From positions 1 through 62,664 of IMG/VR virus record IMGVR_UViG_3300034134_000009: a stretch of 62,664 nt of DNA. One strand, given 5' to 3'. Below the pieces are notes generated by a model that had not been told where the DNA came from, made no database searches, and worked only from the letters and a program-made list of their open reading frames with translations. This stretch comes from a virus. Shown piece by piece: positions 43,193 to 52,254 of the stretch; positions within the stretch are counted from its first letter, which is position 1; each line of letters opens with the position of its first letter. The position numbers and the translations under genes are program-made.

Positions 43193-43270
43193 GCCTACCT
43201 CTTTCTTCCTTACGTTGCCTTTGCATCCTACGGCATGGGTGGTCAAGGTCCAAGCGCTGGCCGGGTACGC

Positions 43271-43305
43271 GAAACGGCCCGCGCTGCGAGTGCAACGCGG
43301 GCCGT
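43271..43305 (-). terminator. terminator-like hairpin
   Basis: acggcccgcg / cgcgggccgt 10-bp stem, followed on the minus strand by tttc. Confidence 0.5.
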
Positions 43306-43323
43306 ACGGGCGATCAGAAACGG

Positions 43324-43593
43324 TCAGATCAGGATGGTCGGGAGGATGTCCGGGCAGGCGTCACAGCACCGCTCCGCCTCCCCGGCGTCGATGTGCCCGG
43401 CGCAGCACAGATCACCCCGGGCTGCGGCCATTGACCGGCCGCACGCCTCTCCCAACGCAATCGATACGGCCTCAACCCTGTCCGGGTTCTCCCGCGCCCA
43501 GACGGGCACCTCCCCGGTCCGGGCGATGGCGCGAAGCAGGTTCTCCGCGTAGTTCGCGGCCTGGCGCGGCACGCGGGCCATCGGATCAGGCAT
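43324..43593 (-). CDS. hypothetical protein (Cys cluster at C-terminus)
   Basis: 89-aa ORF. Confidence 0.5.
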   Translation of the reverse strand: MPDPMARVPRQAANYAENLLRAIARTGEVPVWARENPDRVEAVSIALGEACGRSMAAARGDLCCAGHIDAGEAERCCDACPDILPTILI

Positions 43594-44020
43594 TGGGCCG
43601 GCTCACGATGCGCACGTTCCGCGCCGCCGTGTTCACGTACGCGCCCTCATCCCACTCAGCGCGAGTGAGCAGGACCAGCGAATCGCCCGGGTTTGCCGCG
43701 CTCACCGGAACCGCCATCACGGTCCAGTCATCGTGCTCCCCGAACTCCCGATCGACGTAGTGCACGACGTCCCCCCGTTCGACCTGCGGCACCGCAGGCG
43801 GGTTCGGGTCGACCTCCCACTCACCGTGCACCACCAGCCGGCGCACCGGCACACCCGCCGCGTTCACGTCCTGCACGAACTGGGCCGACGGGAACGCCTC
43901 AAGCATTAGCCGGATCCGGTCGCCGGCACCGAACGCCGCGTCGGTCACATCCGTCAGCACCGAGCGGAACCGCTCAACAGCCATCACATCAGGGACAGGA
44001 ACACCCGGGTCCGTGGTCAT
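43586..44020 (-). CDS. hypothetical protein
   Basis: 144-aa ORF overlapping both neighbours. Confidence 0.5.
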   Translation of the reverse strand: MTTDPGVPVPDVMAVERFRSVLTDVTDAAFGAGDRIRLMLEAFPSAQFVQDVNAAGVPVRRLVVHGEWEVDPNPPAVPQVERGDVVHYVDREFGEHDDWTVMAVPVSAANPGDSLVLLTRAEWDEGAYVNTAARNVRIVSRPNA

Positions 44021-45159
44021 CAGGAACCTCCCAAATCTCGAATCGGCATAACCAGATGCCGCCAGGACTCCACGCCCGGCAACATCACCATGATCGGTTT
44101 GTAGCTGCCCGGCTCAAACAACAACCGGACCTTGTCATCCGCGGCCACCCCCACCGCGCCCTGCAGCCGACCCGCGTTCACGAACATCACCGCAGCCGGC
44201 CCGTTGTAATCGACGTCCACCACGGAAGCACCGCCACCGGACTGGCCGGCAACCGACACGCGCATCTCACCCGGGGCGAACTCCACCCGCAACTTCATCG
44301 TGTTCTTGTCGTCGTGGAAACTCCGCAACGTCCGCAACGGCTCTCCCAGCGCTGCCGCCGACACGATCGCCGTCGCTGACAGGTCTGCGGCGAACCCCTG
44401 GTCGAGCTGCGGCGCCGGGAACGTCGACATGTCGACCGTCCGCGACACCAGCGTGCGCCGGTCGTCGCGCATCGAGAACCGGCCGCCCGACAAACCCACC
44501 TCGAGCGTGCCGCTCATCTCGGCGACCGCGTCGAGTAGGCCCGCGGCGAACACCAGACACGACCCGCCAGCCTGCGGGCCCGGTGACCAGTCCACGACCT
44601 GACGGCCCGCCTGATACCGGTCCGTGGCCGACACCGTCAACGAGCCGCCCGGATCGAACCGCAAATGCACCGACCGCAGAGCCGGCGGCTTGTCGGTGTC
44701 ACGTTCCGCAGCCACACCCACCCGTTTCACCGCGTCCGCGAACACGACGGCGTCCACCGACCCGATCGGCGCCGCCGGCACGGCCAGTTCGGGGAAATCC
44801 CGCACAGGCATCAGCGGCAACGTCACCGCCGTCCGCCCCGCAGTCATCGCGACCGCCGGGCCACCGCCCTGCTCGACCCGGACCGGCCCGGCCGGGAACG
44901 TGTCCACCAGCGCCGACAGCAGGCGGCCCGCGACCACGAACGACCCGGACACCCCGGCATGGTTGTCCACGACAGCTTCGGCCACGGCGGTGGTGTTCTC
45001 GTTCAGCCCGGCCACCGCCAGAACCTCACCGTTGACGGTGCAGCGCAGACACGCGTGGATCGGTGTGACCGGACGGCCGGCGATCTGCCGGGCCGCGTAC
45101 TTCACCGCCGTTTTCAGGGCGGCACCGTCAACGACGAACGACCCGTTCACGGCACTCAC
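44020..45159 (-). CDS. dnaN: DNA polymerase III beta-subunit-like sliding clamp
   Basis: 379 aa, three-domain length. 'LTVSATDRYQAG' resembles the clamp 'ATDGHRLA' motif. 'LLSALVDTFP'. Confidence 0.7.
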   Translation of the reverse strand: MSAVNGSFVVDGAALKTAVKYAARQIAGRPVTPIHACLRCTVNGEVLAVAGLNENTTAVAEAVVDNHAGVSGSFVVAGRLLSALVDTFPAGPVRVEQGGGPAVAMTAGRTAVTLPLMPVRDFPELAVPAAPIGSVDAVVFADAVKRVGVAAERDTDKPPALRSVHLRFDPGGSLTVSATDRYQAGRQVVDWSPGPQAGGSCLVFAAGLLDAVAEMSGTLEVGLSGGRFSMRDDRRTLVSRTVDMSTFPAPQLDQGFAADLSATAIVSAAALGEPLRTLRSFHDDKNTMKLRVEFAPGEMRVSVAGQSGGGASVVDVDYNGPAAVMFVNAGRLQGAVGVAADDKVRLLFEPGSYKPIMVMLPGVESWRHLVMPIRDLGGS

Positions 45160-45422
45160 CGCACACCGTCGATGCGCTTGTCGATCCCGGCCCGGTACTC
45201 GGGCAGGTCGAACCGACCCATCGGGTACGGGGTGACCGTCACCAGCTTCGCGAGCAGCTCACTCCGGTCGTATCGGGCCATGTGCCGGGCCGCCGCCTTC
45301 TCCGCCCCGGCCCGGGTCCAGTACCGGCCCGTCGCGGTGAACTGGTGAACGACACCGCCGGTGACGCTGTGCCGAAGGGTGAACACGTTCGCCCAGCGGC
45401 GTCGCGGCCAGAACAGTTTCAC
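45156..45422 (-). CDS. hypothetical protein
   Basis: GTG start with GTGA overlap to the upstream stop. 88 aa. Confidence 0.45.
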   Translation of the reverse strand: MKLFWPRRRWANVFTLRHSVTGGVVHQFTATGRYWTRAGAEKAAARHMARYDRSELLAKLVTVTPYPMGRFDLPEYRAGIDKRIDGVR

Positions 45423-45700
45423 GGCGTGCCGCCTTCCTCGTAGTCGCTGACGTCTGCCTGGTAGTGGGGGTTGTCGGCGAGCAGGACGACGGCGGCGAGA
45501 AGGGCGTTGCGTTGCCGTTCCCTGCAGAGCCGGGCGTCGAGCGTCATGCCGACGGTGGGTAGTGCGAGGGCGTCGGGGTGCCGCGCCCGGACCGACCGGT
45601 ACAGGGCGACGATGCGGCGCAGGTCGTCGGCGGCGCGGGCCATGACTTGGTCGATGCGGGCGATGTCGCGGGGTGCCGGTGCGGGCCAGTCGCTGGCCAT
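45419..45700 (-). CDS. hypothetical protein
   Basis: 93-aa ORF. Confidence 0.5.
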   Translation of the reverse strand: MASDWPAPAPRDIARIDQVMARAADDLRRIVALYRSVRARHPDALALPTVGMTLDARLCRERQRNALLAAVVLLADNPHYQADVSDYEEGGTP

Positions 45701-46107
45701 CAGCCGAACACCGGGCGGAAGCCCGCCCCTTCGATCTCTTCGGGATTCGCGTTGGCGAACACGTGAACCAGCCCGCCGTCAGGGTCTTTCCAGACGCCGC
45801 AGTACCGGTCGCCCGGCGTCCCTTCGATCCCAACAGAGCGCATGGCCCGTACTGCCTGGACTGCCTGGGAGGCGGTCGCTGCTGCGGTGGCGGGGATGGT
45901 GGCTATCGCGATGCCCTGCAGCGGTTCGGTGGCGGGAATCCCGGCCCAGACCGCGATACGGGCCAGAAGGTGAACGTCTTCAGTGCTCATGTCAGCGGGC
46001 AGCAGATGCCCGACCTGATCGCCGAGTGCGGTGTCGATGCGTCCCCAGATCTTGGCCTGCTCGGCGGTCATGCCGCGGGTCTGGCGTGCGCGGGTGTCGT
46101 CGGTCAT
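45700..46107 (-). CDS. hypothetical protein
   Basis: 135-aa ORF. Confidence 0.5.
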   Translation of the reverse strand: MTDDTRARQTRGMTAEQAKIWGRIDTALGDQVGHLLPADMSTEDVHLLARIAVWAGIPATEPLQGIAIATIPATAAATASQAVQAVRAMRSVGIEGTPGDRYCGVWKDPDGGLVHVFANANPEEIEGAGFRPVFG

Positions 46108-46835
46108 CAGTCGACCTGGTCCGGGTCGGAGGACTCGCCCGGGGAGCCGGCGTGACCCCCGCTGGTCATCCCGTCCGCGTCATACGGGATGACCTGGTCG
46201 CCGGCCGCGTCGATCTCGTCGTCGGACATGCCCGCGAACGCGTATTCCTCGGCCTGGATCTCCGCGAGTTCCAGATCCGCGCGCGACCAGCCGATCCAGC
46301 CCGGCTCGTGACGCAACGCCTCCGGCAGGACCGCACCGCCGTCAGCGTGGTCCGCGTCGTGCGCCGCCCGCGCCTCGGCCTCCGTCATGCCCGCAGTGCC
46401 GTCGGTGCCGTGCACCACCCGCAGATGCTGCCGCAGCTCATCCGCAGCGGTCATCGTCTCCCGCTGCAATGCCTGGTCCTCGTCGATCTGCTCCGCCGTC
46501 TTCGGGAGATCCCCGAACGTCTGCCGCAGCAGCAAGTCCAGTTCGAACGGCAGCGACAGGGCACCGGTCTGCGCGCAGTACTCGTCCCTCAGCATCACCT
46601 CGAGCTGCCGGCGGTTGTCCTTCCCCACGACCGGGAGGACCTGCAGGGCCCGGACCGTCACGCTGGTCGTCGAGTCCGGCTTGACTTCGATCCCGGCGTC
46701 GAACACGAGCAGCGCGACCCGGGGGCGGACCTGCCGGCCGGACAGCACGGTTTCGACGATGTTCGTGGCCAGGTCGCCTTCGAGGCCGTTCCCGTCGTCC
46801 TTGGGCAGGGCCATCGACGTTTTGACTTTGTACAT
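46107..46835 (-). CDS. hypothetical protein with acidic C-terminal tail
   Basis: 242-aa ORF. The acidic tail 'SDDEIDAAGDQVIPYDADG...SSDPDQVD' is reminiscent of SSB-type tails, but that is weak evidence. Confidence 0.55.
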   Translation of the reverse strand: MYKVKTSMALPKDDGNGLEGDLATNIVETVLSGRQVRPRVALLVFDAGIEVKPDSTTSVTVRALQVLPVVGKDNRRQLEVMLRDEYCAQTGALSLPFELDLLLRQTFGDLPKTAEQIDEDQALQRETMTAADELRQHLRVVHGTDGTAGMTEAEARAAHDADHADGGAVLPEALRHEPGWIGWSRADLELAEIQAEEYAFAGMSDDEIDAAGDQVIPYDADGMTSGGHAGSPGESSDPDQVD

Positions 46836-46919
46836 GGTGAGTGTCTCGCTTCCGGTTGGGTGTGTGCGGCGGGTGGAGTAGGCTGATCTCTATTCGGATC
46901 GGTGGTATGGCCGGTGGAA

Positions 46920-46952
46920 CCGCCCGGGGCGTTGTGGTCGCGCCCCGGGCGG
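46920..46952 (-). terminator. strong hairpin between the resolvase and the next gene
   Basis: ccgcccggggcg / cgccccgggcgg 12-bp perfect stem with a 7-nt loop. Confidence 0.5.
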
Positions 46953-46975
46953 CACTATGTCAGCCCCAGGTGAAG

Positions 46976-47665
46976 TCACGCATCCGGCTCACCTCCCTTC
47001 GCTGTGGTTTTCCGGCGGGTGGTCTTCGGTTTCTCGCACACGGTCATGTCACCGAACGCGTGTAGCCAGCGCCCCGCGTTGCGCATGACCACCATCTTGT
47101 GGCCGCACAGTTTCGGCTCACCGCTCTTGTCCGGGGTCAGATCGCCCCACGGCTTCACCGGTGGTGGCCACTCCACCTTTGCGAGAGTGTCCCGGCGGGC
47201 GTCGGTCATCGCCACGGGCCAGTCGCCCAGGGCTGCCAGGCCCATCGCGCGGAGCCACCACGCGTCGGCCTGGTTGTCGTCGGCGGGCACCACCCCGATC
47301 GCCGCTGTCACGGCGGCGATCATCTGTTCTTTGTCGGCGGTGCCGTGGCCGGTGGCGAACAGTTTCAGCGCGGTCGGGTAGACGGTGGTGTACGGGATCC
47401 GGAAGTCGTTGAGGAGGATGCGGGCGGAGGCGTGGACCATGCCCATCTGGAACATGCCGTTGGCGCTGAATGCGGGGCCTTCGATGACGGCGAGGTCGAT
47501 CTGAACGCTTTTCACGATGTGGCGGATGATGTCGCGGGTGTGGTTGAGGCGGTGGTCGCCGTCGATGTTGGTTTTGGCGTAGTCGATGCTTGCCATGTCG
47601 ACGGCCCGGTTGCCGAACGCGAAGCCAGGGAAGGTGAGGGACAGGTCGAGGCCGAGGACGTTCAC
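46976..47665 (-). CDS. RuvC-like Holliday junction resolvase
   Basis: 'VLGLDLSLTFPGFA', 'AVIEGPAF', 'LKLFATGHGTADKEQM', 'DDNQADAWWL'. Confidence 0.7.
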   Translation of the reverse strand: MNVLGLDLSLTFPGFAFGNRAVDMASIDYAKTNIDGDHRLNHTRDIIRHIVKSVQIDLAVIEGPAFSANGMFQMGMVHASARILLNDFRIPYTTVYPTALKLFATGHGTADKEQMIAAVTAAIGVVPADDNQADAWWLRAMGLAALGDWPVAMTDARRDTLAKVEWPPPVKPWGDLTPDKSGEPKLCGHKMVVMRNAGRWLHAFGDMTVCEKPKTTRRKTTAKGGEPDA

Positions 47666-47916
47666 GCCGGCCCCTCCAGTGCCGGACCGGCCTGCTCAGG
47701 GCTGGTCTTGTCACGGTCGGCGGCCCGCAGGTATTCGTTCAGCACGCGGGCATGCGCAACAACGTCAGCCGGCACCTTTCCCAGGGTGCTGCAGGGACAC
47801 CGGTCGTATGGGGCCGTGCCCTCAAAAGCACCGGAGGTGAAAAGCAGTTGAGGGTGGTCTTCCTGATCGACTAGGTCCCGCACGACGTCGAGCACCCAGT
47901 TCGGAAGGTTGGTCAT
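47662..47916 (-). CDS. hypothetical protein
   Basis: ATG at residue 31 of the track ORF. ATGA overlap. Confidence 0.45.
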   Translation of the reverse strand: MTNLPNWVLDVVRDLVDQEDHPQLLFTSGAFEGTAPYDRCPCSTLGKVPADVVAHARVLNEYLRAADRDKTSPEQAGPALEGPA

Positions 47917-48191
47917 GACCCGCTGCCAGTGAGTCCAGGCGCGGTAGCCGCGAGCGGCTCGACGACCAGGCCCGGCGCGCTCAGCCAAGTGACATGCGTC
48001 GAGCACCGGTAGAGCCAGAGTCCCTCAACCATGCCGAGGGCTCGGTACCGGTGGGTGGGCCGCTCGGAGCACGGCTGTTGGTAAACGGCAGGCTCGGACG
48101 GATCGGGGTAGGCGTAGTCGCCGCCGATGTCGCAGCGCTGAGTGATGAGCCGGATGGGCTCGGGGGTGTTCGGGCTGGTCATGGCGGGCAC
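47913..48191 (-). CDS. hypothetical protein
   Basis: 92-aa ORF. Confidence 0.5.
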   Translation of the reverse strand: MPAMTSPNTPEPIRLITQRCDIGGDYAYPDPSEPAVYQQPCSERPTHRYRALGMVEGLWLYRCSTHVTWLSAPGLVVEPLAATAPGLTGSGS

Positions 48192-48194
48192 CTT

Positions 48195-48425
48195 TCAGGA
48201 CGGAATGTCAGTGGATGCGTAGTCGTCGGCGTCTTCGATGTGCCACCCGGACGACACGTAGTTCGCCACGAAGTCCTCGGTTACCGAGTCGGCGAGGTCG
48301 TTCCGCTGCTGCGGGGTCATCGCCTCCCACTCGTCGCGGTCAACGGTGAACGTCTCGTCCCGGCTGTCAGCGAACGCCTCGACGTGCAGGTTGATGACGA
48401 CCGGGGGACGGCTGGGACTGGTCAT
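48195..48425 (-). CDS. hypothetical acidic protein (first gene downstream of P3)
   Basis: ATG with gagg RBS (residue 22 of track ORF 48195..48488). Confidence 0.5.
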   Translation of the reverse strand: MTSPSRPPVVINLHVEAFADSRDETFTVDRDEWEAMTPQQRNDLADSVTEDFVANYVSSGWHIEDADDYASTDIPS

Positions 48426-48485
48426 AGTGACCGCCTCTCGAACGGGTTTGGGGTGTACGCGGTGCCCGTTGCCGGACGTTGCGTA

Positions 48486-48523
48486 CACCCCAATACTAAC
48501 CGGATCCGGTTAGGTGTCAAGAG
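48486..48523 (-). promoter_or_regulatory. operator-promoter copy P3
   Basis: Minus sense ctcTTGACAcctaaccggatccggtTAGTATtggggt. The leader can form an 11-bp stem ggggtgtacgc/gcgtacacccc (48450..48491). Confidence 0.65.
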
Positions 48524-48539
48524 TGGCGGACGTGCCACC

Positions 48540-49436
48540 TCACGCCAACGGAACCTCCTGATCATCCCAAGGGGCCCGCTCACCCGACGGCGGACGATCC
48601 CCGCCCAGCGCCTCCCGGGCACTCGACGTCCGTGCAGGCTTACCCGCCGCCTGCTTCGCGTCAGGATTCGCCACTGCCGCCGCAGGCGCAGCGGCGGCAG
48701 GTGCCGCGTAGCGCCCGTCCTGCCCAATGCGGGTCAGCATCTCCCCCAGCCCCTCCGCATCACCCAGTTCGTTACTCGCAACCTCGGCCCGTCGCTCCGG
48801 CCCGAGTTCCTTCCAGATCTGCTGCAGCCGGGCCGGCGAAGTGCCCTCCGCCGTGATCTCCCGCGCATACGACGCCGCCGACCGGAACGACTCACCCCGC
48901 TCCACATCCACCGACTCCGGATCCGGCTCGTTCATCGACGCGAACACCGTCTCGAGCACGAACACCCGCAACGCGATCGACTGGGCCTTGCTCGTCGCCT
49001 TGTCGCCGGTGTCCTGAGCCTCCCCCGCAGCCTGGCCCTCAAAGAAGTCGCCGCGGGGGCCGTACACGCGGAACGTCACCAGGGCCGTGCACTCCCGCAT
49101 CACCGACCCCTTAGCCGACTTCGTGTCCCGGTACGTGGTCTCCGTGCGGAACGGAACCACCATCACCCCGTGACGCCGCAACGCCGGCCCCACGTAGCCG
49201 TACACCTCGTTGATGCCCCGGAACCGGATCCGGCCGCCACCGCCCCCGCCGAACGACGGCATGTCGCTGAGCTTCGCGATGGACTTGACGTCACGCATCA
49301 CCCGGCCCCACGCCTCGAACACGGGCACGTCCGCCACCTCGGCGATCGGCGCGTCGTACACCACCTCCGGCAACTCCGCCGCCGCGGGCTGCCCGCCCTG
49401 CCGGTCCCCGCCACTGCGGCTCAGCTCCCGCCCCAT
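48540..49436 (-). CDS. ERF-family single-strand annealing protein
   Basis: 'FRGINEVYGYVGPALRRHGV' and 'GEAQDTGDKATSKAQSIALR' fit the ERF pattern. Adjacent to the exonuclease gene. Confidence 0.7.
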   Translation of the reverse strand: MGRELSRSGGDRQGGQPAAAELPEVVYDAPIAEVADVPVFEAWGRVMRDVKSIAKLSDMPSFGGGGGGRIRFRGINEVYGYVGPALRRHGVMVVPFRTETTYRDTKSAKGSVMRECTALVTFRVYGPRGDFFEGQAAGEAQDTGDKATSKAQSIALRVFVLETVFASMNEPDPESVDVERGESFRSAASYAREITAEGTSPARLQQIWKELGPERRAEVASNELGDAEGLGEMLTRIGQDGRYAAPAAAAPAAAVANPDAKQAAGKPARTSSAREALGGDRPPSGERAPWDDQEVPLA

Positions 49437-49840
49437 CAGTTGCCCCCCTGTCGGTCCCGGATTGCCTGTGCCTGCTGCCGTTCCTCATCCGTGAGCGGCG
49501 TCGGGTTGCCCATCGACTCGTGGATGCGCTCGTAGACGCCGCTCAGAATCAGATCAACGGAGACGTGTCTCCACGAGAGCGGGCCGACTAGGCGGGTGAG
49601 CCCCACGATGCGGCTGACCTGCCCGTCACACTTCATCGACCAGCGACCACCCAGCGCCCGTTCCTGCGCGCGGCGCAGGTCATCCCACGCCAGTTCGAGT
49701 AGCCAGCGCAGAGCAGAGTCCGGCGTCGCGAACTCGTCATCCTCCGCAGCTGCAGACACTGCCGCGTCGACGTACTCGGAGACCGGCCGGGTGCGCCACC
49801 GGTGGGCCAGATCGGCTTCCGTCAATTCCACGTACTCCAT
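49436..49840 (-). CDS. hypothetical protein
   Basis: 134-aa ORF between the exonuclease and ERF genes. Confidence 0.5.
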   Translation of the reverse strand: MEYVELTEADLAHRWRTRPVSEYVDAAVSAAAEDDEFATPDSALRWLLELAWDDLRRAQERALGGRWSMKCDGQVSRIVGLTRLVGPLSWRHVSVDLILSGVYERIHESMGNPTPLTDEERQQAQAIRDRQGGN

Positions 49841-50856
49841 CAGGCCCGCCCCTTCCCCAGGTTCAACTTCCGTGTCGTCTTCGCCGTCACACAGTCCTCA
49901 TACGCGGCACGGTGCCGCTCGAACAGCTTCTCCAGATCCACACCCGGGGCCTGGTTCACCTCGTCGTACGAGAACAGCTTGTTGCCGGCCCCGTCCACCG
50001 CGACCTCGTTGCCGCCCAGCAGCGACAGCAGCCCAGCCCGGGCGTTCTTCCGGGCCCGCTCGTGAACGCCCCGCTCCCGGGACGCATCCCGGTACTCGCG
50101 GATCAGGTCATACGCGTTCAGGGACTGTTCGATGTCGAGGCGGGCGATGCCGTCCCGGTTCGGGTGGAGCAGGCCGTACAGGTCGCCGTCGAACTCGCCG
50201 CCCTGATCCATCGACTCCGGCGCCACCCCGGCTTGCATGTGATCCGTCCAGAACGCGTCGACTTCCCGGGCGACCTCGGCGAACGGCTCGGGTTCGTCTT
50301 CCGGCCGGACCGTGAACTGTCGGTAGTCGTAATCGCCGACAATCACCGCGACGTGCGCATGATCGTCGCCGGTCACCCGCAACTGGTGAGCGACCTGCGC
50401 CAGGACCGGATCGGGGAGCATGCGCCGCCACCGGCCCGCCATGAAGTAGTTCGTCTTCTTGCACTCGAGCAGGCACCGGTTACGGCCACCCTCAGGGCAC
50501 TCCACCACCCGCCGGTCCACCGTGGCCCGCAGCCACGGCTTGTCGACGTTCTCGACCAGACCCATGCGCCGGGTCACCGCCCGGTTCCGCATCGTCCACT
50601 CAGCGGCCACGAACCCTTCCCAGTGGTGGCCGGCCCGCAGCTGAATGGAGGTGCGTTCCTCGATGTCGGGTTCGGGTAGCTCGCCGCGCTTGTCGTACCA
50701 GACCCGCAGCGGCGACGGGTACAGGCCGAGGATGCGGGGGACGTCGGACGAGCCGATACCAGCACGGCGGGCGGCGAGCCATTCGTCGCGGGGTGCGTCG
50801 GCGGGTAGGACGAGTTGGGCGGCGGCGGTTGCGCGGCGCCGGGTTGGTGCGGTCAC
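49840..50856 (-). CDS. YqaJ/lambda-Exo-like PD-(D/E)XK exonuclease
   Basis: 'GIGSSDVPRILG', 'LLECKK', 'HVAVIVGD'. Confidence 0.75.
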   Translation of the reverse strand: MTAPTRRRATAAAQLVLPADAPRDEWLAARRAGIGSSDVPRILGLYPSPLRVWYDKRGELPEPDIEERTSIQLRAGHHWEGFVAAEWTMRNRAVTRRMGLVENVDKPWLRATVDRRVVECPEGGRNRCLLECKKTNYFMAGRWRRMLPDPVLAQVAHQLRVTGDDHAHVAVIVGDYDYRQFTVRPEDEPEPFAEVAREVDAFWTDHMQAGVAPESMDQGGEFDGDLYGLLHPNRDGIARLDIEQSLNAYDLIREYRDASRERGVHERARKNARAGLLSLLGGNEVAVDGAGNKLFSYDEVNQAPGVDLEKLFERHRAAYEDCVTAKTTRKLNLGKGRA

Positions 50857-51185
50857 AGGTAGTCCTCTCTTACGTCTGCCCAGGTGAATGTGGCGGGGCG
50901 GCTGTTGTTGCGGCGGCCCACCATGATCAGCCAGCCTGCCCAGTTGGAGCGTGCCCGCTCGAACTCTTCCCGCACCTCAAGGTGCACGGGAAGGCCGTAC
51001 GTGACGTTCTGGTGGATGGCCTGCTCGTATGCGCACGCGGCCTGCCAGAACGCCAGCTGCGCCCGGTACAGGCCCTGCTGCCATCCGTTCATCTCCGACA
51101 CGAGTTGGCTGCGGATGCCGTGGCCGCGCTGGTTGGCGACCTCGGCGGGTCGCCGGTCCCGGATGTCGCGCCGCCGACTGTTCAT
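50853..51185 (-). CDS. hypothetical protein
   Basis: 110-aa ORF, ATGA-coupled. Confidence 0.5.
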   Translation of the reverse strand: MNSRRRDIRDRRPAEVANQRGHGIRSQLVSEMNGWQQGLYRAQLAFWQAACAYEQAIHQNVTYGLPVHLEVREEFERARSNWAGWLIMVGRRNNSRPATFTWADVREDYL

Positions 51186-51580
51186 GGCTGGGGGTCGCGT
51201 CCGTGACGCTCAGCGTCGGCGATCATGAAGATTGCTGCGGCGCGTGCCTCCCCAGCGAAGCGGATCAGATCGGCCAGGTCGGCGATGACGAATTCGGGAT
51301 GGGTGTGTCGCAGGTCGGCCAGGTTGGTGGCCCGCTTAGCAACCTCACGGAGCCGTTCCTGGGCGCGGAGGATGACAGCTTCGTCGTCGTGGATGGATGC
51401 GATGTGGCTTCCGCAGCGGGTTACGTGCCGCCTGTTGGATGTGTACCAGCGCTCCGCGTTGCTGGTGACGTACAGGAACGCGGTGGCCTGGGTGACGTAC
51501 ATGATCGAGCCGAGTTTGCGGGTGTCGCCGGTGGCGATGATCTCAACGACCCGATCGCCTTCTTTCAGCGGGGCGGTCAT
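51182..51580 (-). CDS. hypothetical protein
   Basis: ATG with gaaagggga RBS. 132 aa (C-terminal part of track ORF 51182..52195). Confidence 0.5.
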   Translation of the reverse strand: MTAPLKEGDRVVEIIATGDTRKLGSIMYVTQATAFLYVTSNAERWYTSNRRHVTRCGSHIASIHDDEAVILRAQERLREVAKRATNLADLRHTHPEFVIADLADLIRFAGEARAAAIFMIADAERHGRDPQP

Positions 51581-51630
51581 CGGTGTCCCCTTTCGTCGCT
51601 GGTAGCGGCCGGTCAGGGTGATCGGCTCAG

Positions 51631-51714
51631 TATCGGCGGCGGGAGTCGAACCCGCTCGGTAGGGATGCCGCCCCGCCGTTCCCGCCCTCTGGCATGAGAG
51701 TGTCTGCCGCCGAA
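51631..51714 (-). ncRNA. tRNA-like element B (canonical T-arm and acceptor end; body does not fold as a cloverleaf by hand)
   Basis: Minus strand ...gcgggTTCGACTcccgc-cgccgat-a. 5' ttcggcg pairs 6/7. Contains ctCATgc but a G-rich unpaired middle. Confidence 0.3.
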
Positions 51715-51804
51715 CCCCACGTGTTTTTGACCTGGTAGCCAGTACACCCCGACACCCAAGATGGGCCGTAAGACCAGCGGTCCGCTCAACGTGGATTGCT
51801 CCCG

Positions 51805-51846
51805 TATCCCGGCCAGGGCTCGAACCTGGCAGCAGCCGTGCGGGAT
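51805..51846 (-). ncRNA. tRNA minihelix-like element A (acceptor plus T-arm only)
   Basis: Minus strand atcccgc-acggctgctg-ccaggTTCGAGCcctgg-ccgggat-a. 6-bp acceptor-like stem stacked on a canonical T-arm. No D or anticodon arms. Confidence 0.3.
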
Positions 51847-51849
51847 GCG

Positions 51850-51882
51850 GTCGCCGCCCCGCCCCCTCGACAGGGCGGCGAC
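51850..51882 (-). terminator. hairpin after 51895..52254
   Basis: gtcgccgcc / ggcggcgac 9-bp stem with a 15-nt loop. No T-run. Confidence 0.35.
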
Positions 51883-51894
51883 CAGGGCGGTGCG

Positions 51895-52254
51895 TCAGGC
51901 AGGCCGGGGCCCGAAGATGTCCACGACCTGCTCGCACAGGTCGTCCATGCTGTTGTTGGCATCGAACAGGCCGAACGCGTCCCAGCTGGTGATGTCGAGC
52001 AGCTCCGTTGCCCGGTCGGAGACGCACACGCTGTCTGGGCTCTGCGCCGCCGTCACAACGTCGGTGACTTCCCCGCCGTGCGCGGGCCAGCCCTCCGACC
52101 AGTTCGGCCGGTCGCCGGAGAGGAGAACCGTCCATCCCGCGAAGCAGGCGGCGGTGCCGCAGTGGTCCTTCCGCAAGTAGATTGTCTGGTTCCATTCCTT
52201 CGGGTGGGCGGTGATGTGGTCGAGCACTCGGTACGCGAGTTCAGCATTCGGCAT
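51895..52254 (-). CDS. hypothetical protein
   Basis: 119-aa ORF. 'HCGTAACFAGW'. Confidence 0.55.
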   Translation of the reverse strand: MPNAELAYRVLDHITAHPKEWNQTIYLRKDHCGTAACFAGWTVLLSGDRPNWSEGWPAHGGEVTDVVTAAQSPDSVCVSDRATELLDITSWDAFGLFDANNSMDDLCEQVVDIFGPRPA

